Below, piece after piece: positions 28,526 through 37,771 of a stretch of 64,000 nucleotides of DNA. The position numbers and the translations under genes were made by a program. Source of the DNA: Candidatus Latescibacterota bacterium (GTDB lineage: Bacteria > Latescibacterota > UBA2968 > GCA-2709665). Below the pieces are notes generated by a model. It worked only from the letters and a program-made list of their open reading frames with translations. It was not told the DNA's origin and did no database searches. Each line of letters begins with the position of its first letter. Positions within the stretch are counted from its first letter, which is position 1. The stretch covers positions 1,888,001 through 1,952,000 of the forward strand of contig OZ220733.1 in the NCBI GenBank assembly GCA_965116875.1, written 5' to 3'.

Positions 28526-28963
28526 ATGACGGTCCGAAAAGTCAAATTCATCTCGGGATTCGCGGTTATCGTTGCGTGTCTGATGTTCCTGGTGATAAGC
28601 AGTTCTCAGAAAATGGCGATGTACTACCTCACCGTTACCGAACTGGAAGCCCGGGAGACCGAGTTCCTGAATAAGCGCATCAAGCTGGCGGGCAAGGTTA
28701 CGCCCGGCACGATACGGAAACTTCCGGATCGTATCGTCGAGTTCCAGATCTGGGAACCCCTGGAGGGAGACGCTTTTTCGACGAAACGACAGGTGGTCTA
28801 CGCGGGCATCGTGCCTGACACCTTCAGAGACGAAGCCGACGTGGTCCTGGAAGGCGAAGTAGGCGCGAACGGCCTCTTCCGCGCCGACAACCTGCTGGCC
28901 AAATGTCCGTCCAAGTACGAAGGTCAGTCCTACGAAGAAATCAAGGAATCCTACAGCAGGTAA
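28526..28963 (+). CDS. ccmE: Heme chaperone CcmE (CxxxY type)
   Basis: N-terminal TM, YYLTVTEL, YAGIVPDTF, LLAKCPSKY. Confidence 0.93.
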   Translation: MTVRKVKFISGFAVIVACLMFLVISSSQKMAMYYLTVTELEARETEFLNKRIKLAGKVTPGTIRKLPDRIVEFQIWEPLEGDAFSTKRQVVYAGIVPDTFRDEADVVLEGEVGANGLFRADNLLAKCPSKYEGQSYEEIKESYSR

Positions 28964-29009
28964 CCTTCACCCGGAATGCCGGGTCATCCGATGACCCGCG
29001 GATTTGACG

Positions 29010-30992
29010 ATGGCTGAATTCGGCAACTTCCTCATCTGGTTCTCGGTTGTCACTTCCCTCTACGCGGCGGTGTCCGGCATACTGGCCGGCCGGACCGGCA
29101 GGCTGAATCTCACACTCAGCACGGAACGCGCGGTAACAGCCACTTTTCTGATGGTTATGGCGGCCTTCGGCCTGCTGGAGTCCTTTTTTCTTACCGACCG
29201 CTTCGACCTCCACTACGTGGCCGGCCATTCCAGCCGCGATCTGCCGGCGCCCTACAAGTTCACCGCGGTCTGGTCGGGCATGGAAGGCTCGCTCCTGCTG
29301 TGGGCGTTTATTCTTGCCGCTTTCAATTTCTTCGCCACGCGCAATACCCGCAGGTTCCGGGGGGCGCTCGCCTCCTACGCGACCGTCGTGATGTCGCTTA
29401 CACAGGTCTTCTTCCTCGTCCTGATCGGAAATTACGAGAATCCTTTCCGTGAACTCGGTTTTACGGCGGCCGACGGACAGGGAATGAATCCGCTCCTGGT
29501 CCATCCGGCCATGGCCATCCACCCTCCCATGCTGTACCTCGGTTACGTGGGATTCATCGTACCGTATGCGTTTGCAATGGCCGCGTTGATGAGTCGGCAG
29601 GTGGATGAAGAGTGGATCCGCACGACCCGGCGCTGGACCATCTGGCCCTGGTTTTTCCTGGGGACCGGGCAGCTTCTGGGCGGCAACTGGGCCTACGTGG
29701 TTCTCGGGTGGGGCGGGTACTGGGGTTGGGACCCGGTAGAAAACGCCGCTTTGCTGCCATGGCTAACGGGCACCGCCTTTCTGCACTCGGTCATGATCCA
29801 GGAAAAGAAAGGGATGCTCAAAGTCTGGAACATGGCGCTCATCATTCTCACCTTTACGCTATGCATCTACGGCACTTTTCTAACCCGCAGCGGCCTGGTA
29901 TCCTCCGTACACGCGTTCGCCCAGTCGCCGATCGGCAGCGTGTTCCTGTATTTTCTGGCGGTTATCGTGGTCTTCTCCGCAGGTATCCTGTGGCGGCGGC
30001 GCGCATTGCTGAAAAGCAGGAACGAGTACGAATCTCCCGTCTCCCGGGAAGGGGGATTTCTGCTCAATAATCTGCTTTTCCTGACCGCCGCGTTCGCGGT
30101 GTTCTGGGGCGTGATGTTCCCGGTGCTATCGGAAGCCGTTACCGGTTCCAAAATCACCGTTGGCCCTCCCTTCTTCAGCACGGTGATGACGCCCATCGGT
30201 CTGCTTCTTCTCCTGTTGACGGGCGTTGGACCGCTGCTGGCCTGGAGGAAGACGTCGGCGCGCAGCCTGAAGAGGCACTTCGCCGGACCGGGCATCTTCG
30301 GTCTCGTGTGCGGCGCCGCGGCGTTCGCCCTTGGCGCGCGCGAAGTGTACGCGTTGATCTCCTTTACGCTCTGCGGTTTCGTGACCGGCGCCATCGCCAC
30401 CGAATTCCACAGGGGCGCGAAGGCGCGAGGCAGCAGTTCAAGAGAGCCATATTTCAAAGCGCTGTGGTCGCTTACCGTCCGCAACCGCCGGCGGTACGGC
30501 GGATACATCGTCCACTTCGGCGTCGTCCTGCTCTTCTTCGGCTTCACGGGAAACGCCTTCAACCGGGAAATCGAGGCGGCTCTGAAGCATGGCGAGTCCG
30601 CAACCCTCGGCAAATACCGACTCATTTACGAAGGCTCCTCACAGAGCCAGAATCCGCTCACCATCGTCATTCAGACCCAACTGGGCGTGTACCAGGGAGA
30701 CGAACGCCTGGGTACGATGTGGCCGGAGCAGCACGTCTACTACAAGCGAAGGGACCAGCAGCGAACGACCGAAGTCGCCGTCCGATCCAGCCTGCGTGAG
30801 GACCTCTATGTCCTGTATGAGGGCCCGGACCTCGACGGCGCCGCCATGTTCAGAATCTACGTCAATCCCCTTGTAATGTGGGTGTGGATCGGCGCATGGG
30901 TTCTTACGCTGGGGACCGTGATTGCCATCCTGCCCGATCGCCGGGAACGTCTCAGACGCGCACGCGCCATCGGGTTCCCAGCCGCATCCTGA
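29010..30992 (+). CDS. ccmF: Cytochrome c heme lyase CcmF
   Basis: WSGMEGSLLLW, IHPPMLYLGY, WAYVVLGWGGYWGWDPVENA, TRSGLVSSVHAF. Confidence 0.97.
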   Translation: MAEFGNFLIWFSVVTSLYAAVSGILAGRTGRLNLTLSTERAVTATFLMVMAAFGLLESFFLTDRFDLHYVAGHSSRDLPAPYKFTAVWSGMEGSLLLWAFILAAFNFFATRNTRRFRGALASYATVVMSLTQVFFLVLIGNYENPFRELGFTAADGQGMNPLLVHPAMAIHPPMLYLGYVGFIVPYAFAMAALMSRQVDEEWIRTTRRWTIWPWFFLGTGQLLGGNWAYVVLGWGGYWGWDPVENAALLPWLTGTAFLHSVMIQEKKGMLKVWNMALIILTFTLCIYGTFLTRSGLVSSVHAFAQSPIGSVFLYFLAVIVVFSAGILWRRRALLKSRNEYESPVSREGGFLLNNLLFLTAAFAVFWGVMFPVLSEAVTGSKITVGPPFFSTVMTPIGLLLLLLTGVGPLLAWRKTSARSLKRHFAGPGIFGLVCGAAAFALGAREVYALISFTLCGFVTGAIATEFHRGAKARGSSSREPYFKALWSLTVRNRRRYGGYIVHFGVVLLFFGFTGNAFNREIEAALKHGESATLGKYRLIYEGSSQSQNPLTIVIQTQLGVYQGDERLGTMWPEQHVYYKRRDQQRTTEVAVRSSLREDLYVLYEGPDLDGAAMFRIYVNPLVMWVWIGAWVLTLGTVIAILPDRRERLRRARAIGFPAAS

Positions 30993-31024
30993 AAGGGTAC
31001 AGTCTGAAGAAAAACGGAAAATCA

Positions 31025-31576
31025 ATGGCAGACGGGACACGGGATTTTCCCGGCTTGACCGCCGCTTTTTCGCTTGCGCTCGGGAACTCACCGGTAATTT
31101 TCAAACAGCTTCTGAGGATGAGCGTCCCGTTGCTCCTGCTTCTCTCGATCCCGGGCTCCGTAACCGCGGAAGTGACGCAGGAACAGGTGAGAGGGGTGGC
31201 AAAGGGCCTCGCATGTCTCTGCGGCACCTGCCCGCGCCGGCCGCTGGACGAGTGCGCTTGCGGTTGGGCGGATCAAAAGAGAGCGCGCATTGAAGAAGCT
31301 CTGAAAGCGGGTCAGGACAGGGAGGCCATCATCGCGGGCTTTGTTGCGGAATTCGGGATGGAAGCTTATGTGACGCCCCCCGCCTCGGGATTCAACCTTT
31401 CCGCCTGGGTCATGCCCATACTGGTTCTGCTGCTTGGCGCCGTTGTGCTTGCGGCCGTCTTGCGTAGCTGGTCGCGTCAACGGGCTGCTCCCGCAGCCGG
31501 CATTGTCCCGGAGACGGAAACCGACGACCCGTACAGGCTGAGGTTGGAGAGTGAACTCCGGGAGCGGGACCTGTGA
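31025..31576 (+). CDS. ccmH: CcmH-like protein (start 31025 or 31118)
   Basis: Signal-like stretch, LACLCGTC...CACG, AEFG...PP..GFNLSAWVMP followed by a TM; position after ccmF. Confidence 0.8.
   Translation: MADGTRDFPGLTAAFSLALGNSPVIFKQLLRMSVPLLLLLSIPGSVTAEVTQEQVRGVAKGLACLCGTCPRRPLDECACGWADQKRARIEEALKAGQDREAIIAGFVAEFGMEAYVTPPASGFNLSAWVMPILVLLLGAVVLAAVLRSWSRQRAAPAAGIVPETETDDPYRLRLESELRERDL
31042..31113 (-). mobile_element. Half copy of MITE family A
   Basis: Reverse complement matches the left 72 bp of the element at 49043. Confidence 0.8.
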
Positions 31577-32001
31577 GCGTCCTGTTCTGCATCGTCACCG
31601 TCGCCCTGGTCTGCATCTTTGTGTTCCGTCCGCTCCTGACCACGAAGGGCCGGATTGGCGAGAGGGATGCCGGACCCGGCGGTGGTTCCCGGCTCGTTGA
31701 GGAAAGAGAAGCCCTTCTTGACGCCATCCGCGAACTGGACTTCGACTACCGTATGGGGAAGGTCGAGGAGGAAGACTATCGCGAAACCCGCTCACGCTAC
31801 CAGAACCGGGCCGTCGAACTGATGCGGGTGATCGACGAAAACGCCGGTCCAACACCGGGAATCGAGGACCGCATCGAAGAGGAAATCGCCGCGCTCAGGA
31901 ATGAAGACACCGTCGCCTGCGCCGGGTGCGGATGCGCAACCCCGGAGGGGGCTCGCTTCTGTCCACAATGCGGCACGGCCCTCGCGGAATCACGCCCATG
32001 A
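31573..32001 (+). CDS. CcmI-like membrane-anchored zinc-ribbon protein
   Basis: TM, LRELDFDYRMGK-like motif (IRELDFDYRMGKVEEEDY), C-terminal CAGC...FCPQCG. Confidence 0.75.
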   Translation: MSVLFCIVTVALVCIFVFRPLLTTKGRIGERDAGPGGGSRLVEEREALLDAIRELDFDYRMGKVEEEDYRETRSRYQNRAVELMRVIDENAGPTPGIEDRIEEEIAALRNEDTVACAGCGCATPEGARFCPQCGTALAESRP

Positions 32002-33092
32002 CCAAACGTCTCTTCTGCTTCGCCTTCTTTATGATCGGTCTTTCGCACGCTGCCCCCGCGTATGGCCTCGTCGTTGGCCGCGTCATCAACAAGACGGACT
32101 CGAAACCCCAACAGGACTGCGTGGTATTGCTGATCCGCCAGGCCGACGAACCTGAAATCGTCGGTCGGGACACGACCGATGAACGTGGGCGATTTTCATT
32201 CCGCGACGACGGCAATGACGCGTTGCGGTTTCTCTCCGCGGCCTATGCGGGCGCCAATTACGTCCAGAGGCTTTCGAACGGCCCCAACGAAATCGCCGTC
32301 TACGAAACCACCGACTCGGACACCGCTCTCTCAGTGGTCTCTCACCACATCATCGTGGACGCGGCCGAAAAGCGGGTGGAGCAGATCCTGATTGTCGAGA
32401 ACAGCGGCAACCGCACGTTCAGGACCGGAGAGGGTCACGGACATGGCCTGGAGGTCTTCCTGCCCGACGGCGTGACGGAGGTGAGAGACGGCCCCCAGGG
32501 TCTTCACACCCACGGCGAAATCCTCGTGAATCCGGACCCCGTCCGTCCGGGTCACAGCCAGTTGTTGTTTGCCTTCGACCTGCCCGTCTCGGGGCGACTG
32601 TCGCAGACCCTGAGCTACCCCACGGGAACCGTGGACGTCTTCGTCCGTCCCGCGGACGCGGAGGTCGCCGCGGGCGCGCTTCAGGACCGGGGCGAAGTCA
32701 CATTCGAACAACACAGCTTTCGACGGTTCTCCGGCGCCGGCTTCAACCGGGGCGACCGGATCGACCTGGGAATCAACACATCACCGTGGTCTTTTTCGGC
32801 GCTGTGGGGTGATACCGACGTCAGGTTTGGGGTGCTGCTTGGCCTGGCGATCGCCTGCGCGCTGCTTGCCATCTTCTTCCGGCCCCCCGGAAAAACGGGT
32901 TCACCGGCGCAAGCGCCGGCCGAAGGCCTGCCCGACCTTCAAGCGCGCAGAAGCGCCCTGATGCACCAGATCGCGGATTTGGATGACAGGTACGAGAAGG
33001 GCCGGCTCCCGGAGGAAGAGTACCGAATCCGTCGAAATGCCATCAAAGCGGAGCTTGTCGATATGACTCGCGCCCTGGACGGCGAGGCTTAG
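31998..33092 (+). CDS. ccm-associated exported/membrane protein (carboxypeptidase-regulatory-like N-domain, TM, CcmI-like tail)
   Basis: Signal peptide MTKRLF, TTDERGRFSF, TM near the C-terminus, IADLDDRYEKGRLPEEEY. Confidence 0.65.
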   Translation: MTKRLFCFAFFMIGLSHAAPAYGLVVGRVINKTDSKPQQDCVVLLIRQADEPEIVGRDTTDERGRFSFRDDGNDALRFLSAAYAGANYVQRLSNGPNEIAVYETTDSDTALSVVSHHIIVDAAEKRVEQILIVENSGNRTFRTGEGHGHGLEVFLPDGVTEVRDGPQGLHTHGEILVNPDPVRPGHSQLLFAFDLPVSGRLSQTLSYPTGTVDVFVRPADAEVAAGALQDRGEVTFEQHSFRRFSGAGFNRGDRIDLGINTSPWSFSALWGDTDVRFGVLLGLAIACALLAIFFRPPGKTGSPAQAPAEGLPDLQARRSALMHQIADLDDRYEKGRLPEEEYRIRRNAIKAELVDMTRALDGEA

Positions 33093-33097
33093 GCGTT

Positions 33098-33856
33098 GTG
33101 GCCCCGCCCGCTCCGGCCATCGTCCTCGAAAACGTGGAAAAACGGTTCGGCCGCATCGCCGCCCTGGACGGCGTCGACCTTATCGTTCCGGGCGGCGCCC
33201 TTGCGCTTCTGGGCCCGAACGGGGCAGGCAAATCGACCCTCCTGCGGGTCGTTGCGACCCTCACCAGACCCGCGCGCGGACGTATATTCATCCGGGGCGC
33301 GGATGCCGGCAAGGCGCCGGAGCGCGTTCGAGCGGACATCGGTCTGATCTCACACCAGACCCTTCTCTACGAAGACCTGACCGCAGGTGAAAACCTGCGT
33401 TTCTACGGCCGGATGTACGGTCTGGGCGATCTGAAAGAACGCGTGCGTCAGGCACTGGCGGACGTGGGGCTTTCCGGCAGGGAACACGACCGTGTCCGCG
33501 GGTTTTCGAGGGGCATGAAGCAGCGTCTCGCCGTTGCCCGCGCCACACTCCACCGGCCCGCGATTCTTCTTCTCGACGAGCCGTTTGCGGGCCTGGATGC
33601 GGCGGCGTGCGGGATGTTGAGCGAACGGTTGCGCCGGCAATGCCGTGATGGCGGTACGGTCATCCTGGTGACCCACGATCTGCAACGGTGTCTGGACCTT
33701 GCGGACCGTTTCGCGATCCTGAACCGCGGGCGTCTGGTCGCGAAGGGAGAAACCGCGGGACAGTCGATCGAGCGTCTCGAGCATTGTTACGAGAATGCCA
33801 TCATCCAGGATCCCGGCGCCAGAATGAAAGCAGAACGGGGAACCGTCGACTTCTGA
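33098..33856 (+). CDS. ccmA: Heme exporter ATPase CcmA
   Basis: GPNGAGKS, FSRGMKQR, LLLDEP; context. Confidence 0.9.
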   Translation: MAPPAPAIVLENVEKRFGRIAALDGVDLIVPGGALALLGPNGAGKSTLLRVVATLTRPARGRIFIRGADAGKAPERVRADIGLISHQTLLYEDLTAGENLRFYGRMYGLGDLKERVRQALADVGLSGREHDRVRGFSRGMKQRLAVARATLHRPAILLLDEPFAGLDAAACGMLSERLRRQCRDGGTVILVTHDLQRCLDLADRFAILNRGRLVAKGETAGQSIERLEHCYENAIIQDPGARMKAERGTVDF

Positions 33857-33887
33857 CGTCCGGCACAACGCCCGAACGGGAGCGTCT

Positions 33888-34568
33888 TTGGCCCTCTTCT
33901 TCCTCCAGGTTTCAGCAGTATTCCGGAAGGACTTCAAGACCGAGGTCCGCACGAAAGAGCGAATCAGCGCAATGTGCTTTTTCGCGTTTCTGGTGCTTCT
34001 TGTCTTTAACTTCGTGTTCAAACCGGACTCGGAAACCATCAGGAGCGCCGCACCCGGCATTTTCTGGATCGCCGTTACGTTCGCCGGATTCATGGGCCTG
34101 ACGCGCTCCTTCGTATCGGAACGCGAAAACGACTGTCTGACGGGTCTCCTGCTTTCTCCCGCCGATCGGGGCGCGATCTACCTGGGCAAAATGCTGGCGA
34201 ACCTGTGCGCCATGCTGTTTCTGGAAGCCCTGATCCTTCCGCTTATGGTTGTTTTTCTGAATATCGCCGTCTGGGAATACCTGCCCCGACTGATTCCAGG
34301 TCTTCTGCTGGGGACCCTTGGCTTCGCGGCCGTGGGCACCCTTTTCGCCGCGATGTCGATCCGGACCCGCCTCCGGGAGGCCCTGTTGCCAATGCTCACC
34401 CTTCCCGTCCTGGTTCCGGCCCTCCTGGCGGCCGTCGAATCGTTCCGGGCCGTGCTGGCGGGCGGTTCTCTGTCCGATATCTCCGCCTGGATCCACGTCG
34501 GCGGTGCGTTCGCGCTCTTGTTCGTGGCGGCATGCGTACTCTTGTTCGATTATGTGATCGAGGAATGA
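33888..34568 (+). CDS. ccmB: Heme exporter permease CcmB
   Basis: KDFKTEVR, APGIFWIA, RSFVSERE, REALLPMLTLP. Confidence 0.92.
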   Translation: MALFFLQVSAVFRKDFKTEVRTKERISAMCFFAFLVLLVFNFVFKPDSETIRSAAPGIFWIAVTFAGFMGLTRSFVSERENDCLTGLLLSPADRGAIYLGKMLANLCAMLFLEALILPLMVVFLNIAVWEYLPRLIPGLLLGTLGFAAVGTLFAAMSIRTRLREALLPMLTLPVLVPALLAAVESFRAVLAGGSLSDISAWIHVGGAFALLFVAACVLLFDYVIEE

Positions 34569-34569
34569 T

Positions 34570-35268
34570 ATGGGGAAACAACTCTACCTGTGGTCACGTA
34601 TCCTGGGCGTGCTGGCGCTGATCGGCATGCTGACTGCGCCATGGATCGCGCTCGTGTACGCAAGTGTGGAGAGGCAGATGGGCCTCGCCCAGAAGATCTT
34701 CTACTTTCACGTGCCCTCGGCTTTCGCGATGTATGCCGCCTTTTTTCTGGTCTTCGTCTTCAGTATTCTGTACCTGGTTCGACGGGAAAAACGATGGGAC
34801 ATCTGGGCGTCGTGCGCCGCGGAGGTCGGTCTTCTCTTCTGCACGCTGGTACTCCTTACCGGTCCCATCTGGGCGAAACCCGTCTGGGGCGCGTGGTGGG
34901 TTTGGGACGCTCAGTTGACCCTCACCCTGGTCCTCTGGCTCATTTTCGTTGCCTACATGATGTTGAAGAGTTACAGTGAAGACCCCCTGCAGAGCGCCAG
35001 GTTTCGCGCGGTTCTGGGTATCATCGGCTTTCTCGATGCGCCGCTCATCCACTACTCCACGCGGCTGTGGCGCACCCAGCATCCCGAGGTGGTACGGGCC
35101 GAGAAAATAGGGCTGCCGCCGGACATGCTCGTCGCGTTCGTCATCTGCTCCGCCGTGTTTCTTGTACTCGCCGCCGCTATCCTGGCCAGACGCGTCTCGC
35201 TCGAACTCGCCCGGGAAGAGCTTGAAATCCTCAAGTCCGGATTCCGTGGTACGGAGTCGCCGGCATAG
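34570..35268 (+). CDS. ccmC: Heme exporter CcmC
   Basis: KIFYFHVPSA, TGPIWAKPVWGAWWVWD, WRTQHP. Confidence 0.95.
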   Translation: MGKQLYLWSRILGVLALIGMLTAPWIALVYASVERQMGLAQKIFYFHVPSAFAMYAAFFLVFVFSILYLVRREKRWDIWASCAAEVGLLFCTLVLLTGPIWAKPVWGAWWVWDAQLTLTLVLWLIFVAYMMLKSYSEDPLQSARFRAVLGIIGFLDAPLIHYSTRLWRTQHPEVVRAEKIGLPPDMLVAFVICSAVFLVLAAAILARRVSLELAREELEILKSGFRGTESPA

Positions 35269-35310
35269 CTGATTTCGGCCCGACCGTTCGGCTGATCCTG
35301 GAGGATGTCT

Positions 35311-35481
35311 ATGCAACACCTTGGTTACATGGCCGCCGCCTATGCCATTATATGGGCGGTGATTCTCATCTACTTTGTGGGCCTCGGCCGCCGCGAACGC
35401 GAAATATGGACCGAACTTCAGGCGTTGCGCGAATCCATACGCGAACGAGGCGCCGAACCCGATTCCGGCGATCGTCAGTAG
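35311..35481 (+). CDS. ccmD: CcmD (56 aa, not in ORF track)
   Basis: GGAGG SD; MQHLGYMAAAYAIIWAVILIYFVGLGRREREIWTELQAL..., directly after ccmC. Confidence 0.85.
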   Translation: MQHLGYMAAAYAIIWAVILIYFVGLGRREREIWTELQALRESIRERGAEPDSGDRQ

Positions 35482-35517
35482 ACGGTGCAGGAAGCTGACC
35501 GTCGCCACTGAGTTCCC

Positions 35518-36294
35518 ATGGCCGTAAGAAACGCTCGAAAGATCCTCGCGCTTATCAGGAACCGAAAGGCGCGTGAGCGCGAACGTCAATTCGTTATCGA
35601 AGGCACTCGCCTGGTCGAGGAAGCGCTCCTGTCAGACGCTCCGGTGGAGCAGCTCATCTTCGACCGGGAGGCGCTCGAGAACGACGGACGCCTGCAGCAG
35701 TTTCACCGCGAGGCCACACGCCGGGAAATTATCGTCCAGCAGACAGATCGCCGCGCGATCAAAAATATGGGTGAACACCAGAATCCCGAAGGTGTGCTGG
35801 GCGTGGTACGATACGTGACGCGCAACCGGAAACGGGCCCTGGATGCCAGCGGCCCTCTCATCCTCTTCGACCGGCTGCGCGACCCCAATAACCTGGGGCT
35901 GGTTCTTCGCACCGCCGAGGCTGCAGGCGCGGCGGGCATTTTCCTCTCTCGCGGTTCCGTCGAACTCTATAACTCCAAGGTGGTGCGCGCCTCCCGCGGT
36001 TCCATCTTCCGCCTGCCCGTGTTTCGAAATGAAGATCTTCCCGCGCTGATCGAAGACCTGCGGATGAGGGGTGTCCGCGTTTTGTCCACCGAGTTGCAGG
36101 GTACGCCGTTCTACGAGATCGAACGGGAAGGCCGCATCGCCATTCTGTTCGGTAATGAGACCTTCGGCGTCGACCCGGATCTCGGGCAGCGCATCCACCA
36201 GGCCGTCTCCATACCCATGGCGGAAGGCGTGAATTCTCTCAATGTGGCCGTTGCCGCCGGTGTTCTGCTGTTCGGAATCAGAGAACCTCTCTGA
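35518..36294 (+). CDS. TrmH/SpoU family RNA methyltransferase
   Basis: FVIEGTRLVEE, DPNNLGLVLRTA, FGNETFG, NSLNVAVA. Confidence 0.92.
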   Translation: MAVRNARKILALIRNRKARERERQFVIEGTRLVEEALLSDAPVEQLIFDREALENDGRLQQFHREATRREIIVQQTDRRAIKNMGEHQNPEGVLGVVRYVTRNRKRALDASGPLILFDRLRDPNNLGLVLRTAEAAGAAGIFLSRGSVELYNSKVVRASRGSIFRLPVFRNEDLPALIEDLRMRGVRVLSTELQGTPFYEIEREGRIAILFGNETFGVDPDLGQRIHQAVSIPMAEGVNSLNVAVAAGVLLFGIREPL

Positions 36295-36302
36295 CGTCAG
36301 AA

Positions 36303-36331
36303 GAGCCCGGCGGTTGTGTACCGCCGGGCTC
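36303..36331. terminator. Hairpin between convergent genes
   Basis: GAGCCCGGCGG-TTGTGTA-CCGCCGGGCTC. Confidence 0.6.
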
Positions 36332-36360
36332 GACTTCTGCTTCGCCCGCAAGGGCCGGCC

Positions 36361-36390
36361 GTAGCCCGGATGGGCTTTTTCAACGGGCTG
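36361..36390. mobile_element. Partial MITE family B (supplies the C-N hydrolase stop)
   Basis: GTAGCCCGGATGGGCTTTTTCAACGGGCTG, identical to 52325-52354. Confidence 0.8.
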
Positions 36391-37708
36391 TTAAAGATCC
36401 CCGGTTCGATTCGTCACTGTACGCTTCGTAAAGATGCGGACGGCGCTGCAGCCAGTTCACGTCACGGAAACATCCCCCGTTCCAGGTTCGGTACCCGTCC
36501 GCCAGGTCCACCGTTGCCAGAATGTGGTCCCGGTCTCCCTCGTTCCACGCCAGGATTTCTCCCTTTCTGTCGATTACACAGCTGCCCTGGGTCGTATTCC
36601 GGGCAACCACCATGCAGACCTGGTTGTCCATCGCGCGAGTTCGCATGATGGCCTTCCAGCGATCCTCACTGAAAATGGGCGTTCCCGGACTCCACCTGCT
36701 GGCGCGGTGATCGCCCATGATCGGCAGGAGGAGGAAGTCCGCCCCGCTCAGTCCAACCATCCGTGAGGATTCCGCGGCCGAACTGTCCATGCAGATATTG
36801 CATCCGATTCGTCCGATCACCGTATCGAACATCGGAAAGCCGTCACCTGGAAGAATCCCGGATTCGCTCTCGCCGCCCACGGCCAGATGCACCTTGCGAT
36901 ACCTGCCGTCGACCGCTCCATCCGGACCCATCAAGGCCGCCGTATTGTGAACCGCGTCGCCGTCTCTCTCAATCAATCCCAGCAGGAGGTACAGCCCATG
37001 CCGGCGTGCGAGATCCGCAAACGGCTCTGTCTCCGGTCCCGGCAGGGCTGCCGCCAGGTCTATCGGACTTCCGGAAATCCCCCACTGAAGGGCGATTTCC
37101 GGTAAGACAATCAGGTCCGGACCCGAATCGCACGCGGCTTCGCACAGAGGCAGATAATAGTCGATATTCTCGGCGACGGAGGTAAAGGGTCCCTTCCGGG
37201 AACCCGCCTTGCCGGTTACCACCGCCACCCTTACCGCAGCGGGGATTTCCGGCGCCTCGACAATCCTTACCTCCGGCAGATGCCACTCGGATTCGCCCTC
37301 GGTTGCCCACCGGAAGCTGCAGCGCAACGTGAACCGGCTGGCCCCTTCGGGCGCGGTCAACGTCCGGGAAAATCGGATCGTTTGCGTTCCGACGGGCGCG
37401 GGCAGCAGATAGTCCCATCCCTTTATTTCATCAGCACGTACCGTCGCATCGTCGGGCCGCAACTCTCCCCAGTAGGATTTGCAGCGCAGCGTGTCCCTGG
37501 GGTGTTGCAGATTCCTGTAGTCCACCTCCCAGGTCGCCCGGAGCGTTTGACCCGGTTCGATCCCCGAGAATATCGCCTGCCAACCGCCCACGCACGTCCG
37601 TGTTCCATTGGCCGCCGCGGCGAATGTCCTTCCATCCCGTTCAGTCAGCGGCGCGGCGGAAGGATGCGGCGCCCAGGGCTCGATTCTCTCCATTTTCAGA
37701 CTGGCCAT
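36380..37708 (-). CDS. Carbon-nitrogen hydrolase (nitrilase family) with N-terminal beta-rich domain
   Basis: LIVLPE, YRKVHL, NICMD (E-K-C triad). Confidence 0.85.
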   Translation of the reverse strand: MASLKMERIEPWAPHPSAAPLTERDGRTFAAAANGTRTCVGGWQAIFSGIEPGQTLRATWEVDYRNLQHPRDTLRCKSYWGELRPDDATVRADEIKGWDYLLPAPVGTQTIRFSRTLTAPEGASRFTLRCSFRWATEGESEWHLPEVRIVEAPEIPAAVRVAVVTGKAGSRKGPFTSVAENIDYYLPLCEAACDSGPDLIVLPEIALQWGISGSPIDLAAALPGPETEPFADLARRHGLYLLLGLIERDGDAVHNTAALMGPDGAVDGRYRKVHLAVGGESESGILPGDGFPMFDTVIGRIGCNICMDSSAAESSRMVGLSGADFLLLPIMGDHRASRWSPGTPIFSEDRWKAIMRTRAMDNQVCMVVARNTTQGSCVIDRKGEILAWNEGDRDHILATVDLADGYRTWNGGCFRDVNWLQRRPHLYEAYSDESNRGSLTAR

Positions 37709-37771
37709 TTGCTGTCCCCCCGCGATTGTGTTCGGTGTGACGTCAGTCCGGTCGCTGACGATTGGAGGCCC

